Assembly: GCA_964387845.1 (NCBI GenBank)
Contig: CAYLXA010000006.1
Span: 96,001-160,000, forward strand
Reading direction: 5' to 3'
Length of the DNA: 64,000 nucleotides
From: an uncultured bacterium
GTDB taxonomy: Bacteria > Omnitrophota > Omnitrophia > Omnitrophales > Abzuiibacteriaceae
The notes below the pieces were generated by a model. It was not told where the DNA came from. It made no database searches and was given only the letters and a program-made list of their open reading frames with translations. The position numbers and the translations under genes were made by a program. This document shows positions 1 through 12,000 of this stretch, piece by piece (within the stretch, counting starts at the first letter, position 1; every line of letters begins with the position of its first letter).

Positions 1-3000
1 GCCGAAGAAGCGATTGAGCTTGTGTCGGCGGCACAAAAGAAAAGTGCTGTCGAGCAGCCGGTCTTGCTTTCGGATCTACCGCCCTTGTCCTATAGCCAAT
101 ACCGCTCAGAACAAACCCCGGGCGAACAGCTTTCCGGAATTGATCAATTCGTTTCAAAAGATATTGCGGAACAAATGAGAAAGGATGCCAGCATTTTCTC
201 ACCGCTTGCCGGCGCACCAGTCGGAACGCCGACGTATGGATTTAGGGACCAAAAGGGCGGGGATATTTTTGAAACTGAAAATCTGAGCGCGCTTGAGCTT
301 AAGAATCTTGAGAATGAAAGCGAATTTCAATCTGCGGATTTCGCGACTTCCATTCATGTTTTTCTCAAAGCGCGCGATTTGATTAACCGAGGGGCTGCCG
401 AACGCCGGCTCGAGCTTTTCCTCGAAGCGCTTCGAAAAGTCGAGCTCAGTCCGGACGGCTTGCTGTATGACCGTTACGATATCAAGCGACATTCTAAAAT
501 AGGCGAGAAGACCAACCTTCAAACATCTAAAGCTATCTACGAATTGGCGGTTCAAATCCAGAGCGAGTACGAACAAATCGCAAAAGGCCGTAGCAAGATT
601 GATATTCGCCTGATCAAAGAAAAGAATCTGATCCGGCTGGCAGGTTTGGTCAAAGAAAAATTTACGCGCGCACAAAACATCCGCTTACCTGAAATTCCGC
701 AGCCCGAATTGCCGAAGCGGTTGTTTGTCGAAAAAGATGCCGAACCGCTTCAAATCGAAGAATCCGTCGCAGCATCCAAGCCTTTGCTTGCGCCTGAAGT
801 GGTGCGCGTACCTCAAACCGCAGCGGTGAGCGGTGAGCGTGCGGTTGTTTCGAGCGTTGAAGAAATTGAGTTGGTGGCAGTGTCAACCCGGCCGCTTGTC
901 GAAGAAAAAGTTTTGGAGCCGGCCGTTGAAAAGCAAGAGCCGGCGGTTGCGCTTGTTGAATCAATTCCGGCGCCGGAGCAGGAAAAAGTTGAACCAAAAC
1001 CGGCGGTCATATCAGTCCAATACGAAATGCCGGGAAAAGGCGGTGATGTTAAAGTCGCTTATCCGGAATTTGAGCCCGGCCAAGTTCAAGTCATGTTCCA
1101 AACGGAAGTATCCGTTCCGGAAAAACCGGCTCCGGTTCCTGCTTCTGCTCCGCCTAGCACGACTCAAGCCAATCAGCCGGCAAGCCTTCAGGCAATTGAA
1201 GAAAAAACAGTTCAAGCCGTTCCGGCCGCAGCGCCGAGTTTGGTTTCGGCGAATAAGCCCGTTTCAATTGATGAAAGAGAGCCGGTTGAAATGGAAATCA
1301 AAATTGCCCAACAGCCTGAGAAGGTTGAAGAAGTTGAAAAGGCGGAACCAAAGGTGCCCGCCCAAAAGTTGCGCATTCAGCTTCCGGATTTCAAGCGATG
1401 GATAAAATCCGCCAAAATTGCGGCTGCAGGACTCGTGGCACTTTCCGGCGCCTGGGTCAATGAAGTTTCGGCAAAATTTCAAGCAATTCCTCCCGCTACT
1501 GTTCAAAAGGCACCAGAAGTAAAAGAAGCCAAAGAAGAAATCGTAAAAGAAGAAATTGCACTCACTCCGCCCGTCAAAATTGAAGCACCAAGCCAGGAAA
1601 AATGGACGGATCTTGAGCATCAAAAGACGGCCGATGTAGTCATGGCGGCTTTGCGCAGCGCGCCGCAGGATTTGCGCGAGAAAGTTTTGGAACTTATCCG
1701 GTCAAAAGCCGGCGCTCCGGATTACATCCGAGAATTTGATGATTTGGTTCCGGTTCCTGAAGACATTCGCTCGCGCGCCAAAATAGAAACTGTCTCTCCG
1801 GGGCAGGAAATTAAATATTTCGGTGAAAAAGAATTTTGGGACGCCATGCAGGCAATTTATCCGCCGGATAAGGATCGTCCGCATTTTACTCCGTCTTATA
1901 TCCGCGACAATAAAGTTGCGATGACGCATGAAGAATTATTGAACCGAAAAGACCTTGAAATTTACGTGAATGGCCGATCGCTCGGCCAAAAATCAGCCGA
2001 TCATTTACGCCAATCTAAAGAACTCGAAAAATTACCCATTTTCTTTATCCGTGTCGGCGCCGGTTTTGTCGGCTTTGATTATACGGGTGCGACGATTTCA
2101 ATCGGTTTGCGCGGCCAATATTCATTGGGCCATGATTTAGCCGAGTGGCGGCAGGTGCTTAATGTGATGTCGGAAGAACATAAAGTAGCGGCAGATATTC
2201 TGAAACGTTACGTTGCGTTCAGGGCCGTTGGATATCAATACGCACAAGCGCAAGAAAAAGTGAGTAATGCGGATGCGGAAATCAAACGCATGAACGAACA
2301 GCTTGCGAAGGGAATCTATCAAGTCGCAACTCATCAGGACGAATACGCGATCGGAAAAGCCATCAGCATCATTCAGCATGAAATTAAAACTCAGCAACAA
2401 TGGCGTTACAACCAGTACGACACGAGCCGTGTTTTAGGCGAAATCATGAAGCTTGACTCGCGTCAAGTGCATGTTGAATTAAATTCCGATTATGTGCGCC
2501 AAATCCGAAAAGAGTTTGCGGATGCGCCCAATTCTCTGAAATCGTTGGATCCCTATAAGCAGCAGGAAATTTATTTGAAGACAGCGATGGAAATTTTGAG
2601 TGACCGGATTGAATTGGCCCAGAGGCACCTGTCCAGCATCAGCTACGAACTTCGTTTCGATATCTTTTTGGCCAATAAGGCTTCGGACCTTTTGGCTCTG
2701 ATCGGCGGCTTTGGCGTCAGGAAAGGCAACGACCGGACACTTGGGCAAAAATACATTGACATCGCCAAAAAACAGATCGACCGCTACAAACAGTACGGCG
2801 ATGAGCGTTACAAGGTTGAAAAACTGGTTCGTGATTATCAAAAATTGAAAGAAAGATACGACACGACCTATACGGAATCCGTGAAGGCAGCGCAAAAACA
2901 TTATGAATTGGCCAAAAAGTTGGATGCGCTCGAAGTCATTCCGATTAACGAACTAGAACAGGCTTGGAAGGCCTATGAAAGTCAACTCAAGGAGAAAGAT

Positions 3001-6000
3001 GCGCTGTATGTACAACTTCAACGCATTGTTGCTGAGATGGAAGGGCTCCGCACTGCCCAGCTTTCAGCAGAATCGATTGAGAATCCGTCGCCAACCATGC
3101 GCGAACTTCAAAAGCTTGAGCAGCGCCTCAAAGATACGGATCAAATTGATTCGTTGGTTCAAATCAGGGAAGCCGAAGGTGTCACCGGCAATGAGCTTCA
3201 GTTTTATAAACGCATCCAGCAAAATCCGGACAAGGAAAGATCGGATATTCAAGCGGAGCGGGTTGAATTGGTAAGACAGCTGCGCGAAGATGCGAGCCGC
3301 ATTAGAGCGATTCAGGATAAAAGCGGGCTCAATATTGATTATCTCTATCCTCTGGATTCTCGAAAAGGTGAATGGATGTGGAAAACCGGCCGGGCAATCA
3401 AGGGGTTGGACGGTAAATATTACACAATCCCAATGCTAATTCCCATTAAGGCCGAATACCAGAGTTATGCGGAAAGTTTGATGGAACGCGGCCTCGCAAA
3501 ACAAAATTTCCTGGGTAACTTTCAATCATCATTTTCGGACCGCCATATTGAAGACCAAGCTCACGAGTTAATGAACCGGTATCTCGAAATCAGGCCGAAA
3601 GACGGACAAAAGCCTGCTTGGAGCCGCGAGGAACGAACACAGAAGATAAAAGAATTTAATGAAATGGCAGAGAGTTATTTAAAACGCCTCGAGGAACTTG
3701 TTCCGGCCTACGCTGCGCTTGATTATGCAGGAAGGCCGAAAAGTTATGGCGAGCGGCTCATGTCCGATGAGGAGTGGCAAAATTTTCACAGCGAATACAA
3801 AAAATTCGAGCGCAGTTATTATGCTGCGCAAGAAATGGTTGCGGAATTAAGCCAGGAAATTTTGCCGGCGACAGGCGATGCCGTCAATCCGCAGATTGAT
3901 GTCTTAAAAGCGCAAAAGTTAGCGGCTGAAACGGCCAAAAAATCAATCGATCTCAACATGTTTGATGAAGCGACAAACATCGCCGATGCTTCTGATTTGA
4001 CAATCCCTGAGCATATCATCGGGCCCGCGACTGTAAGGGCACAAACCACCGATGTGCCGGTCCGGGCTTGGCAAGAAGGCTTATTGTCGGCGGCAATGCC
4101 GATGATCCGAAAGCAGTCCAACGTTCTTTTTGACCTCAATATCCAGGGCTACAACTTCGAATTAGAAAGACTCTTCAAAAAAGATTTTGAAACCAAGGAA
4201 CTCCAGGCAATTCCCGTAATCGGCTGGTTTGTTCCGGGCAGCGATTCTGAAATTACGGAAATGAGAGCGCAGGTGTTGGTTATCCGCCAGAAAGTCATGA
4301 AGCCGGATGACAGCGGTTCGGGCGGCGGCCTTGGCGGTGGCATGGGTGGTGGCGGGCAATTACAGCTTCCGGGCAAATTGGGCAAACTCCAACAAATGAT
4401 GGGACAGATGCAGCAATTGATGGGTTCGTTTCAGGGCCTTGGAAACGGCGCGCAAACATTTCTCGGTGCGGCTGGTCAACGGTTTCCGATGGTAGCCCGT
4501 GCACAGGGCTTGCTGCAAGGAATCAATGCTCAGCAGCAAATCTTTAATCAATTTACAGGCGGCCAGAATTCTTCCCTCCTGCCGTTTGTCACAGGTCAAA
4601 TGAATCAGCTTAATCAAACCGGCCGGATTCCGTCTGTCGGTCTCGCGTCTTCCGGAGCGACAGGGCCGCACGGAGCACTGCAAACATCGACACCGGGCCG
4701 AGTCAGCGGCGAAGCTTATTCGGCGGATGCGTTTAATCAGGGACTTGATTCACTCAGGCAGGGCGGTGATTTAGCGAAGGAAGTGACGGGTAAGCTGCAA
4801 GGTCAAGGCGGTGAGCAGGGTGGTATGACAGAAGAGATCGAATATGAAATTGCCGGCGTGTTTACGGTCCAATTCAAATTAACGGGCAGCAATGAAGAAA
4901 AACAGAATCAGCTGCGCACTCTTATTGCACTTAATGAACAAAATAAAGTGCTTTACGAAACTGACCAGCAGAAGAAACTCCTCGAAATCGCAATTGATTA
5001 TGAGGGTAAGGTCCAGTTGCTCAGGGCAAGAAAGCTTCACCGCGAATTTGTCAATACCACACGGCGAGCTATCCTCGATAAATTCACCGAGTGGCGTGTA
5101 ACGCCGGCGAAACAGGTCGAATTTGAAGCAGATTTAGCCGTCATCGACAAGAACATTGACGACCTAGAAAAAGAAATCGCCGAGACGCCCAATAAAATCA
5201 GGGAAGCGCTGAAGGTTACACCGGAAGCTGCCAACGGCCTGCTGCACATGATGAAATCTGAAATCGAAAAGCACGGCATTGTCGATATTCGCGAACTGAA
5301 CGGCATTGAGAATTTACGCCGCCAAATTGTTGAGAACCCATATGCCGACCGGGCCGCAGGGTACCGTGTGCTTGCTGCTCAGCTGGAAGAATCGCGCGCA
5401 AAGTTATTTGAGAAAATCAAGAACGCTTATCAGGTTGAGCTGAGCGTCAGCACAAAGCTGGAATTCAATGTGGTGCTTCAGGAATTGGGTTACGCGATCC
5501 GCAATGCAGTCGCGGGTGAACAGCGCGGTACGATTAATGATTTTCTGGGTCAGATTCAAACGGGCCTGAATCCGCAGGAAATGCAAGGCCAAAGAGACCG
5601 GTTAGAGGCGTTGACGACCGCGATCCGGAAAAGCGGTCTCAAGCGCGAAGTGATGGATGCTTTATTTGAAGTTGCGATCGTCGAACGTGTCATGCAGGAA
5701 CGGGTCCGTCAAAATGAGAAAAATCGAATGGAGCAGCTCATTCGTTTAGAGGAAGCGAAGCTGCGTCTTCGGCGCGAAGAAATCCAGCTTGCAAAAATCC
5801 ATGAACAGAAAAGAATCACGCCCGCGGACAATTGGATCAAGCAAGTCCTTCTGTCCGCGGAGATCTATATTCAGGAGCTTTTGCTTATGGGTGCGCGGGA
5901 TGATCTGGCGAAAGCGATAATGCAGTCGCTTTCTGCGATCGCGATGAGCGAGGAAGAAATCCGGTCTTTGCAGGTTTTAACCAACGCAGAGCAGAGAATT

Positions 6001-9000
6001 CATGAATCAAACCGCCGGATCGGTCTCCTACAGGCGCAAGCCGTTGAAAGTGATGTGTCAACCCGGGAAGAATTTTTTGAACTCCAGAGAGAGTTGAAAT
6101 GGCTTTATGAGCGAAGAGACCAATATTCCTTGCCAAGCACACCGGACGGCTCTTTGAATGAGTTAGACCAAAAAATTGCAGAAAATCATAAAGCCATTCA
6201 AGCATTGGTTGCTGATGCGCTTCTGCGCAATCCGAAAATCAAAGAAAAAGTTACGAAAGAAGAAGTCATTCGTGATGAGCTCTTAATTTCTAAAAAGAAT
6301 ATCGAAGAAGAAAAGCAGGCTGTGATCAGCCGCCACGATCAAGAGGTGAAAGTGATTTTGGATCCGATGATCCAGCTCCATCAAGAACGTGCACAATTGG
6401 GAATTGATGCGGCCAATCGGCTCGATGTTGAGCGCGCCAAAAAGGGAGAGGACCCGGTTTTGGTCGAGCTCAGCGATGCGCGCCTTGCGCAAAGCGTGAG
6501 CGAAGTGGAGGGAATTGACCGAAACGCTGTCTTGGATGTGATGAGTAAGGTCATGAACGTGATCGGTGATATTGAAGTGGCGCAAACCATGCTGCGGGAA
6601 TGGGACGGAAAAGCGTTACCCCGTTACCTGGATCGCCTGCTCAGGAATCTGTATTTTCTGGCCGGCACCAATCAATTAGACGATGTGCTGCGCGGGACGG
6701 CGCAAGGGTCATTCAAAATGGGTATCGGCGGTTCGCTCATTAGCGATGAAGACCTGAGAAATTTAATCCGCGCGGAAGCCTCGCGCTGGGCGATTCGTGT
6801 GAAAGAAGTTGTCCGCGATAAGATCATCCGGGACGAGCAGGCAAAAATCTACAGCGAATATCTGCAGTATGTCAGTTTGATTGAAGAACTTTATATCGAC
6901 CTCAAAAATATCCGAGCCCTCGAGAAAGCAATCAAGGCTTACGAAGCCCGCGCTAAACGCCAATACGATACAGAGCGCTTAAACGATGCAACCGGCCCTT
7001 ATGAAAAATTAGAACAGGCGAAAGTCCGGCTTTATGTGTCTTTAAAAAGAATCAAGGTCCAGCGCGCACAGCTCGAATTTTTGACTCAGGAATATTTACC
7101 GCACAATGTGTCGGTCTTTAAATCCGTCAAGGCGTCAGGGAAGAGTGTTGAGGAAAATCTGGAGATCGAATTCCGAACCTCGGCGGCTCATGAACAAGGC
7201 GTCGACTTGGAAGCGCTTGGGGCCATGCTCAGCGGTGAAGTGGCTGCCGAAAATCCGTTTCCGGCCGGTTCCGACAAGGCAGTGTTTTGGAATAAATTTT
7301 ATAGATCCAATATCCGCGGCGATGAATTTATCCGTGAAGTCCGCAAGCTGCGGATGTCTCCGGAAGATGTGTCAAAACTCAAAAAAGAAAACGGGCTCGA
7401 GCAATGGATTTGGGGTTCTTCGGACAATCAGTTTCAAGTCGCAAAGGCCATGAACGAAAATTTAAATGCCGATGCCATTGGCTTTTTCCTATTTCCATTT
7501 GGCAGCTTCAAGTTTGACATCAACGCGTTTTTGGGCGGTTCCTGGGACTTCAAAAATAAACCCGAGTTCTTGAATATTATCAACGCTTCAGCCGAAGTGG
7601 AGTTTGACTGGGGCGCCAAATGGCAAGCCTTCCAATCGGCCGTTCAGAAATCTTTGAATGAAGCGTTTAAGCTAGATGAAATTTCAAATGACGCCGTCCG
7701 CCGACGCCATCAAATGCTCATGGAATATGCGTTTATGCAAATCATGTACGAAGCGTCCCAAGAAATATTGAAAACCGCCATCGAAAATGAATCCACATGG
7801 TATAAAGCGCTCATGAGGGGCAAGATTGACTGGGATAAATATTACACATCAAACACGCACGGCCTTGCGCGTATTTGGGACCTCGAGCGTACATTAAAAG
7901 AAGAATGGGTTGCATTGCATGCAGCCAGCCGCAACATTCAAAATTCTCTTGAGGAATCAGGAATTCAAAGCACCTCTGTTTTGATCCAGTCTTTCCCGCT
8001 TCCATTGCCGCCTGAAATTGAACACAAACTGGTGTCGGAAGCCGAGATTCAATTACAAGAGCATGCCGCCCAACAAGAAAAGGCGGCTCTTGAAAAAGCT
8101 GCCCAAGATGCAGCTGCAAGAACGAAATTCTTTTCCGAATTTAAAGACTTATTTTCAAGATTAAAATCACTGACCGAGAACATGTTGGTTAATCTCGAAA
8201 ACGTCATGAATAAACTCGGCGACCTGCAGGATCAATATAAGCCCACGCAGCATCACGGGGAGCTCTCACCTGAAGCAAAAGCAATTTTGCCTGACACGAA
8301 TGAATTTCTGAGAGTCTTGAAAGTCAAAACCCAGAGCGGTGTTGATTCTGTTGATTTGGAAACATTTGCCGAACGAATGGCAACGTTTGGAAGAGAGCGG
8401 CATATGTCGTCCGAGGATCTGCAAAATCTAATACGGTCTGCGATTGAAATTGCCAAAAAATTAGAAGCTGCACCGGGCGAAGCCCCGAATGAATTACAGA
8501 CAAAATGGGCTGCCATGTCTGCGCCCGGCACAAAAGCGGACGGCTCTGCGTTCTTGATGAGTGAACGTTGGCCGCCATTCCTGGAAATTCCTTTGCGGCA
8601 TCTGTTTACTCAGGAAGAAATCATACGCTCGAGAGGTTCTATCGCTGATAAGAATCTCAATTTATATCAAATCGGCGCCATTCTACTTTCCGCTATGCGC
8701 GAGCAAGCGGCTAAGGAGCTGGACTATCGGTTTGAGAACAATTTAGACGAACTGGTAAACGGTGTTGAAGCCTACAAACAAATCCGTGCCGGCTCCGGCG
8801 ATGCGTCAGCTGTGCAGCGCTATCTAAGTTGGTATAGGAAATGGGTGATCCCCGTAGGCAGTGCCGAGTCACTATTTTCAACCGGAGTTCTCCTTTACCG
8901 TCCTTGGGTTAAATTCCAAAGAGCCGGGGATCAGGAAATTAACATTGATGACATCAGACAGCATTGGTCGTTTGTGTCAACGTCATTTGTGAAGCATATT

Positions 9001-12000
9001 CAAAAATCCGAGAAATTTCAGGCAATCGCGCAATATTTAGGTCTGGATCCGGTTGAGTTTTTTGACAGTCAAAAAGATCAAGGCAGGCTCTACGCCATTA
9101 TTTCAGAACTGCTTAATACCGGCATTATTAAGACGCTGCCGACAACCGAAGCCGAACTGGAAGCTCTGAACGCCGAAATTGATCATTTCTTTGGCGAGCT
9201 CATGCCTTTGATTGAAGAACGCAAGTATTTCTACCTGACCGTAGGCGCTCTTCCGAATTACAGTGATTTAACCCAAATGCAGCATTACACCGCATTGGAC
9301 GGCAGATTAACAGGAACCGGCGGAGCGGAACTGCCATTCGCTAAATTCCAAGAAGATGCAGCGCGGATGGAAGACGGTATCGGCAAGTTACAAAAACTCT
9401 TACCTTCCGATATTATTTTTTATCAGCAAGTTAAAGAGGCGAAAAATGTTTTGGATGTTATCAAGAATGCCTCCGATTACTCTCAAATTTCAGACTTAGA
9501 AGGTCTCATGGACCATTTGCGAGAAATCGTGGACTACGCCCGCGAAACCTATGCGTCGTTGCTGCTGGGCGATGCCTACTATCATTATGGATTTTTCCGG
9601 GAGAATAAAGCAGTGCTGGTCCAGTTAAATTTAATAGATAAAAAGGATCTTAACTCCAAGGGGGCGCTGAAGCCGGATAGCTTGCGGCCAGTTACGCAAA
9701 AGTATAACCAGCTACTTCTCCATTCAAAGGATTACATTGAGCATTTTTACTTGGGTAAACCAATTGATTTCTCAAGCATGGATCAAATTGGTGTTTGGAA
9801 TGCGCTTGCGCAGACCAAAGCCGCCGGTTTGGATGATACGGTTTTCTCTGCGTATTTGAATTGGGCAAGCCGAATTGCAGGTATTCGTGAGAAAAGTGCG
9901 CTGTCCGATGCTAACCGCGAGCTTGCAGCGCAATTATGGAAAATCATTCCGGGACTTCAAGATAAAATATCAGAACAAAAATATGCGGAAGCTCTCGCAT
10001 CAGGCCTTGCGGTCCATATTCTTTTAAATCCCGAGCTGACCGAAGCTGATTTGATCCAGCTCATACAAAATATCAAGGCAATGTTGCAGAATCCGGAGTT
10101 GGTAGAGAGCGTTATACGAGAGTCACAGTCGGAGCTGGAAATTATATACGGCGAATTACGCTCCATTGATTTAACACGGCAGAAAGATTTTGGCATTTTC
10201 TTCAACGCATTTGCGGAAGCCCATGAATTGGGATTCAGCCAGTTTCTGGTCCGTCATCAGAGAACTATGAATTTGATTCAAGAGCATCAACGCATCCGGG
10301 AGCAGGAGAAAGGCACCGGCTCTCGAGCGGAAACCGCTTTGAGCCGCGCTATCCTGATCGGCAGTCAAATTGAAAGAGTTAAGAACGGTGACGGCGCAGT
10401 ACAGATTGATGAAATCTCATTCTTCCAAAATCAAAAAGCGCGCAATTCGGTCATGTGGGTTTTGAGCGGCATGGCAGACGAAGGTGTTGATCCTTTTGTT
10501 TTGAAATCTGAAGCTATTTTGGATTTTCTTAGGGAATTTTATTCAGATCAGCCGGTTCGTTACGATCATCTTGGCCGTGTTAGCGTGGATGCCGAGTCGA
10601 AAACAGCTGTGGAATTAGCAGCCGAGCTTGCTCGTGAGCGTGAAGTTGTATTTCAAGGCCAGGACGCACTCACTATTTCGGCAGAAGGCATCAAGCAAAG
10701 CCGTGTGATTTGGAACCGGGTGATGGCAGAGTTGGGCGGCATGGCGGACGAAGGCCTCCAAACCTGGATCCAAAAGCATCGCGGCAGCGATAAGCAAATC
10801 GGCGTCTTTCCAATGCTCTCAAACCGCGAACAGTTGAACAAATTATTTCCGTCTATTGAAGCATTCTATCAATCTATATTTGGAGCTGCCAATACACCCG
10901 AAATCAATCCAGAGACTTTCAAAGCCAATAAAAGGGTACAGATGCTTGTCACAGCCTGGTTGGGTTCGGCTGCTGAAGAGGGATTGGCAGAATGGAACGC
11001 CAAAAGCGATGTGATTGCTCGAATATTAAGCAATCCTGAAGAAAGAAAGCAAGTGATCGAAGCAACGCGGGAATATGCACATGCTCTGGAAAAAATATTG
11101 AAGATTGATTATCCGGAAATCAGCGAACAATCTTTGGTTGATGATCGCCGCGCGCGCGCTTTGGTTTTGGCTTGGACGGGCGCGCAGCAAGAGGACGGAA
11201 AAGTAAAATGGGCACGGAAAAACTCGGATATCATCACTTTCTCAGAGCGAGTCAATGCGCAAGCCGATTTTGCGGAGGGATTGGATAATGTCACGAGGCA
11301 TTATTATGAGGCCAAGTATGGGGAAGCGGTCGGCAGGTCCTGGACGCCGAGCCAACGAGGCCAGCAAGTCGGTTTGATTTTCATGCTGGCACGCCAGTAT
11401 GTGGAAAATCCAAATCTAACGGATGGCCGGCTGATCGAGTATGTTAACGCAATGGCTGATCTTGCCCCTGTCTTTATCGGAAGAGATGCATCATCCCGTT
11501 CGTTTGATCAATCCAGAATTCATCAAACCTATTTGAGGCTGATTGGTGAGACGAAATCGCGCCATGATCAGCAGCATGAAATGGGATGGGTTGATGCAGA
11601 ATTGGCGTATATGGCCGAACTGATTGGCTGGGATGGAGTTAATTGGAAGAAGCGAGACCGCTGGCGCTCACTAAGTTCTTCCGAAAAAATCGAGCACCGC
11701 TATCGAGTGCTCGAAAAAGCGACGGACCCTGTGATCCAGCAAGAAGCCAGGGATTTGATGGCGCTGGTTTCTTCCAAATCTTCGGATCAATGGGATCTGC
11801 GCGCTCATCCTTCAGACTTGGGCTTTTTGGTGACATGGGCAGACATGAAAATGGAGGCCGGGGAAGCAACCGATCTTTTCGGACAATACCGGCATGTGAT
11901 TGATTCTTCGGCATTCAGCCGTTATTTAAAGGAATTTGATATTGCCCAAGAATTCCGAAAGGAACTTGCGTCGACTTTTTCTGAAGTTGTGAAGAAGGCG

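Noticed and set aside
662-1623. Several 65-190-aa ORFs in alternative + frames and on the - strand (for example 833-1405 +, 662-997 -, 813-1010 -, 1264-1623 -) inside the giant gene
   Set aside because: They lie entirely within the low-complexity Pro/Glu/Ala-rich coding stretch of the giant ORF. Their translations are themselves low complexity (Arg/Lys- or Ser/Thr/Ala-rich) and reflect codon-repeat bias, not independent genes.
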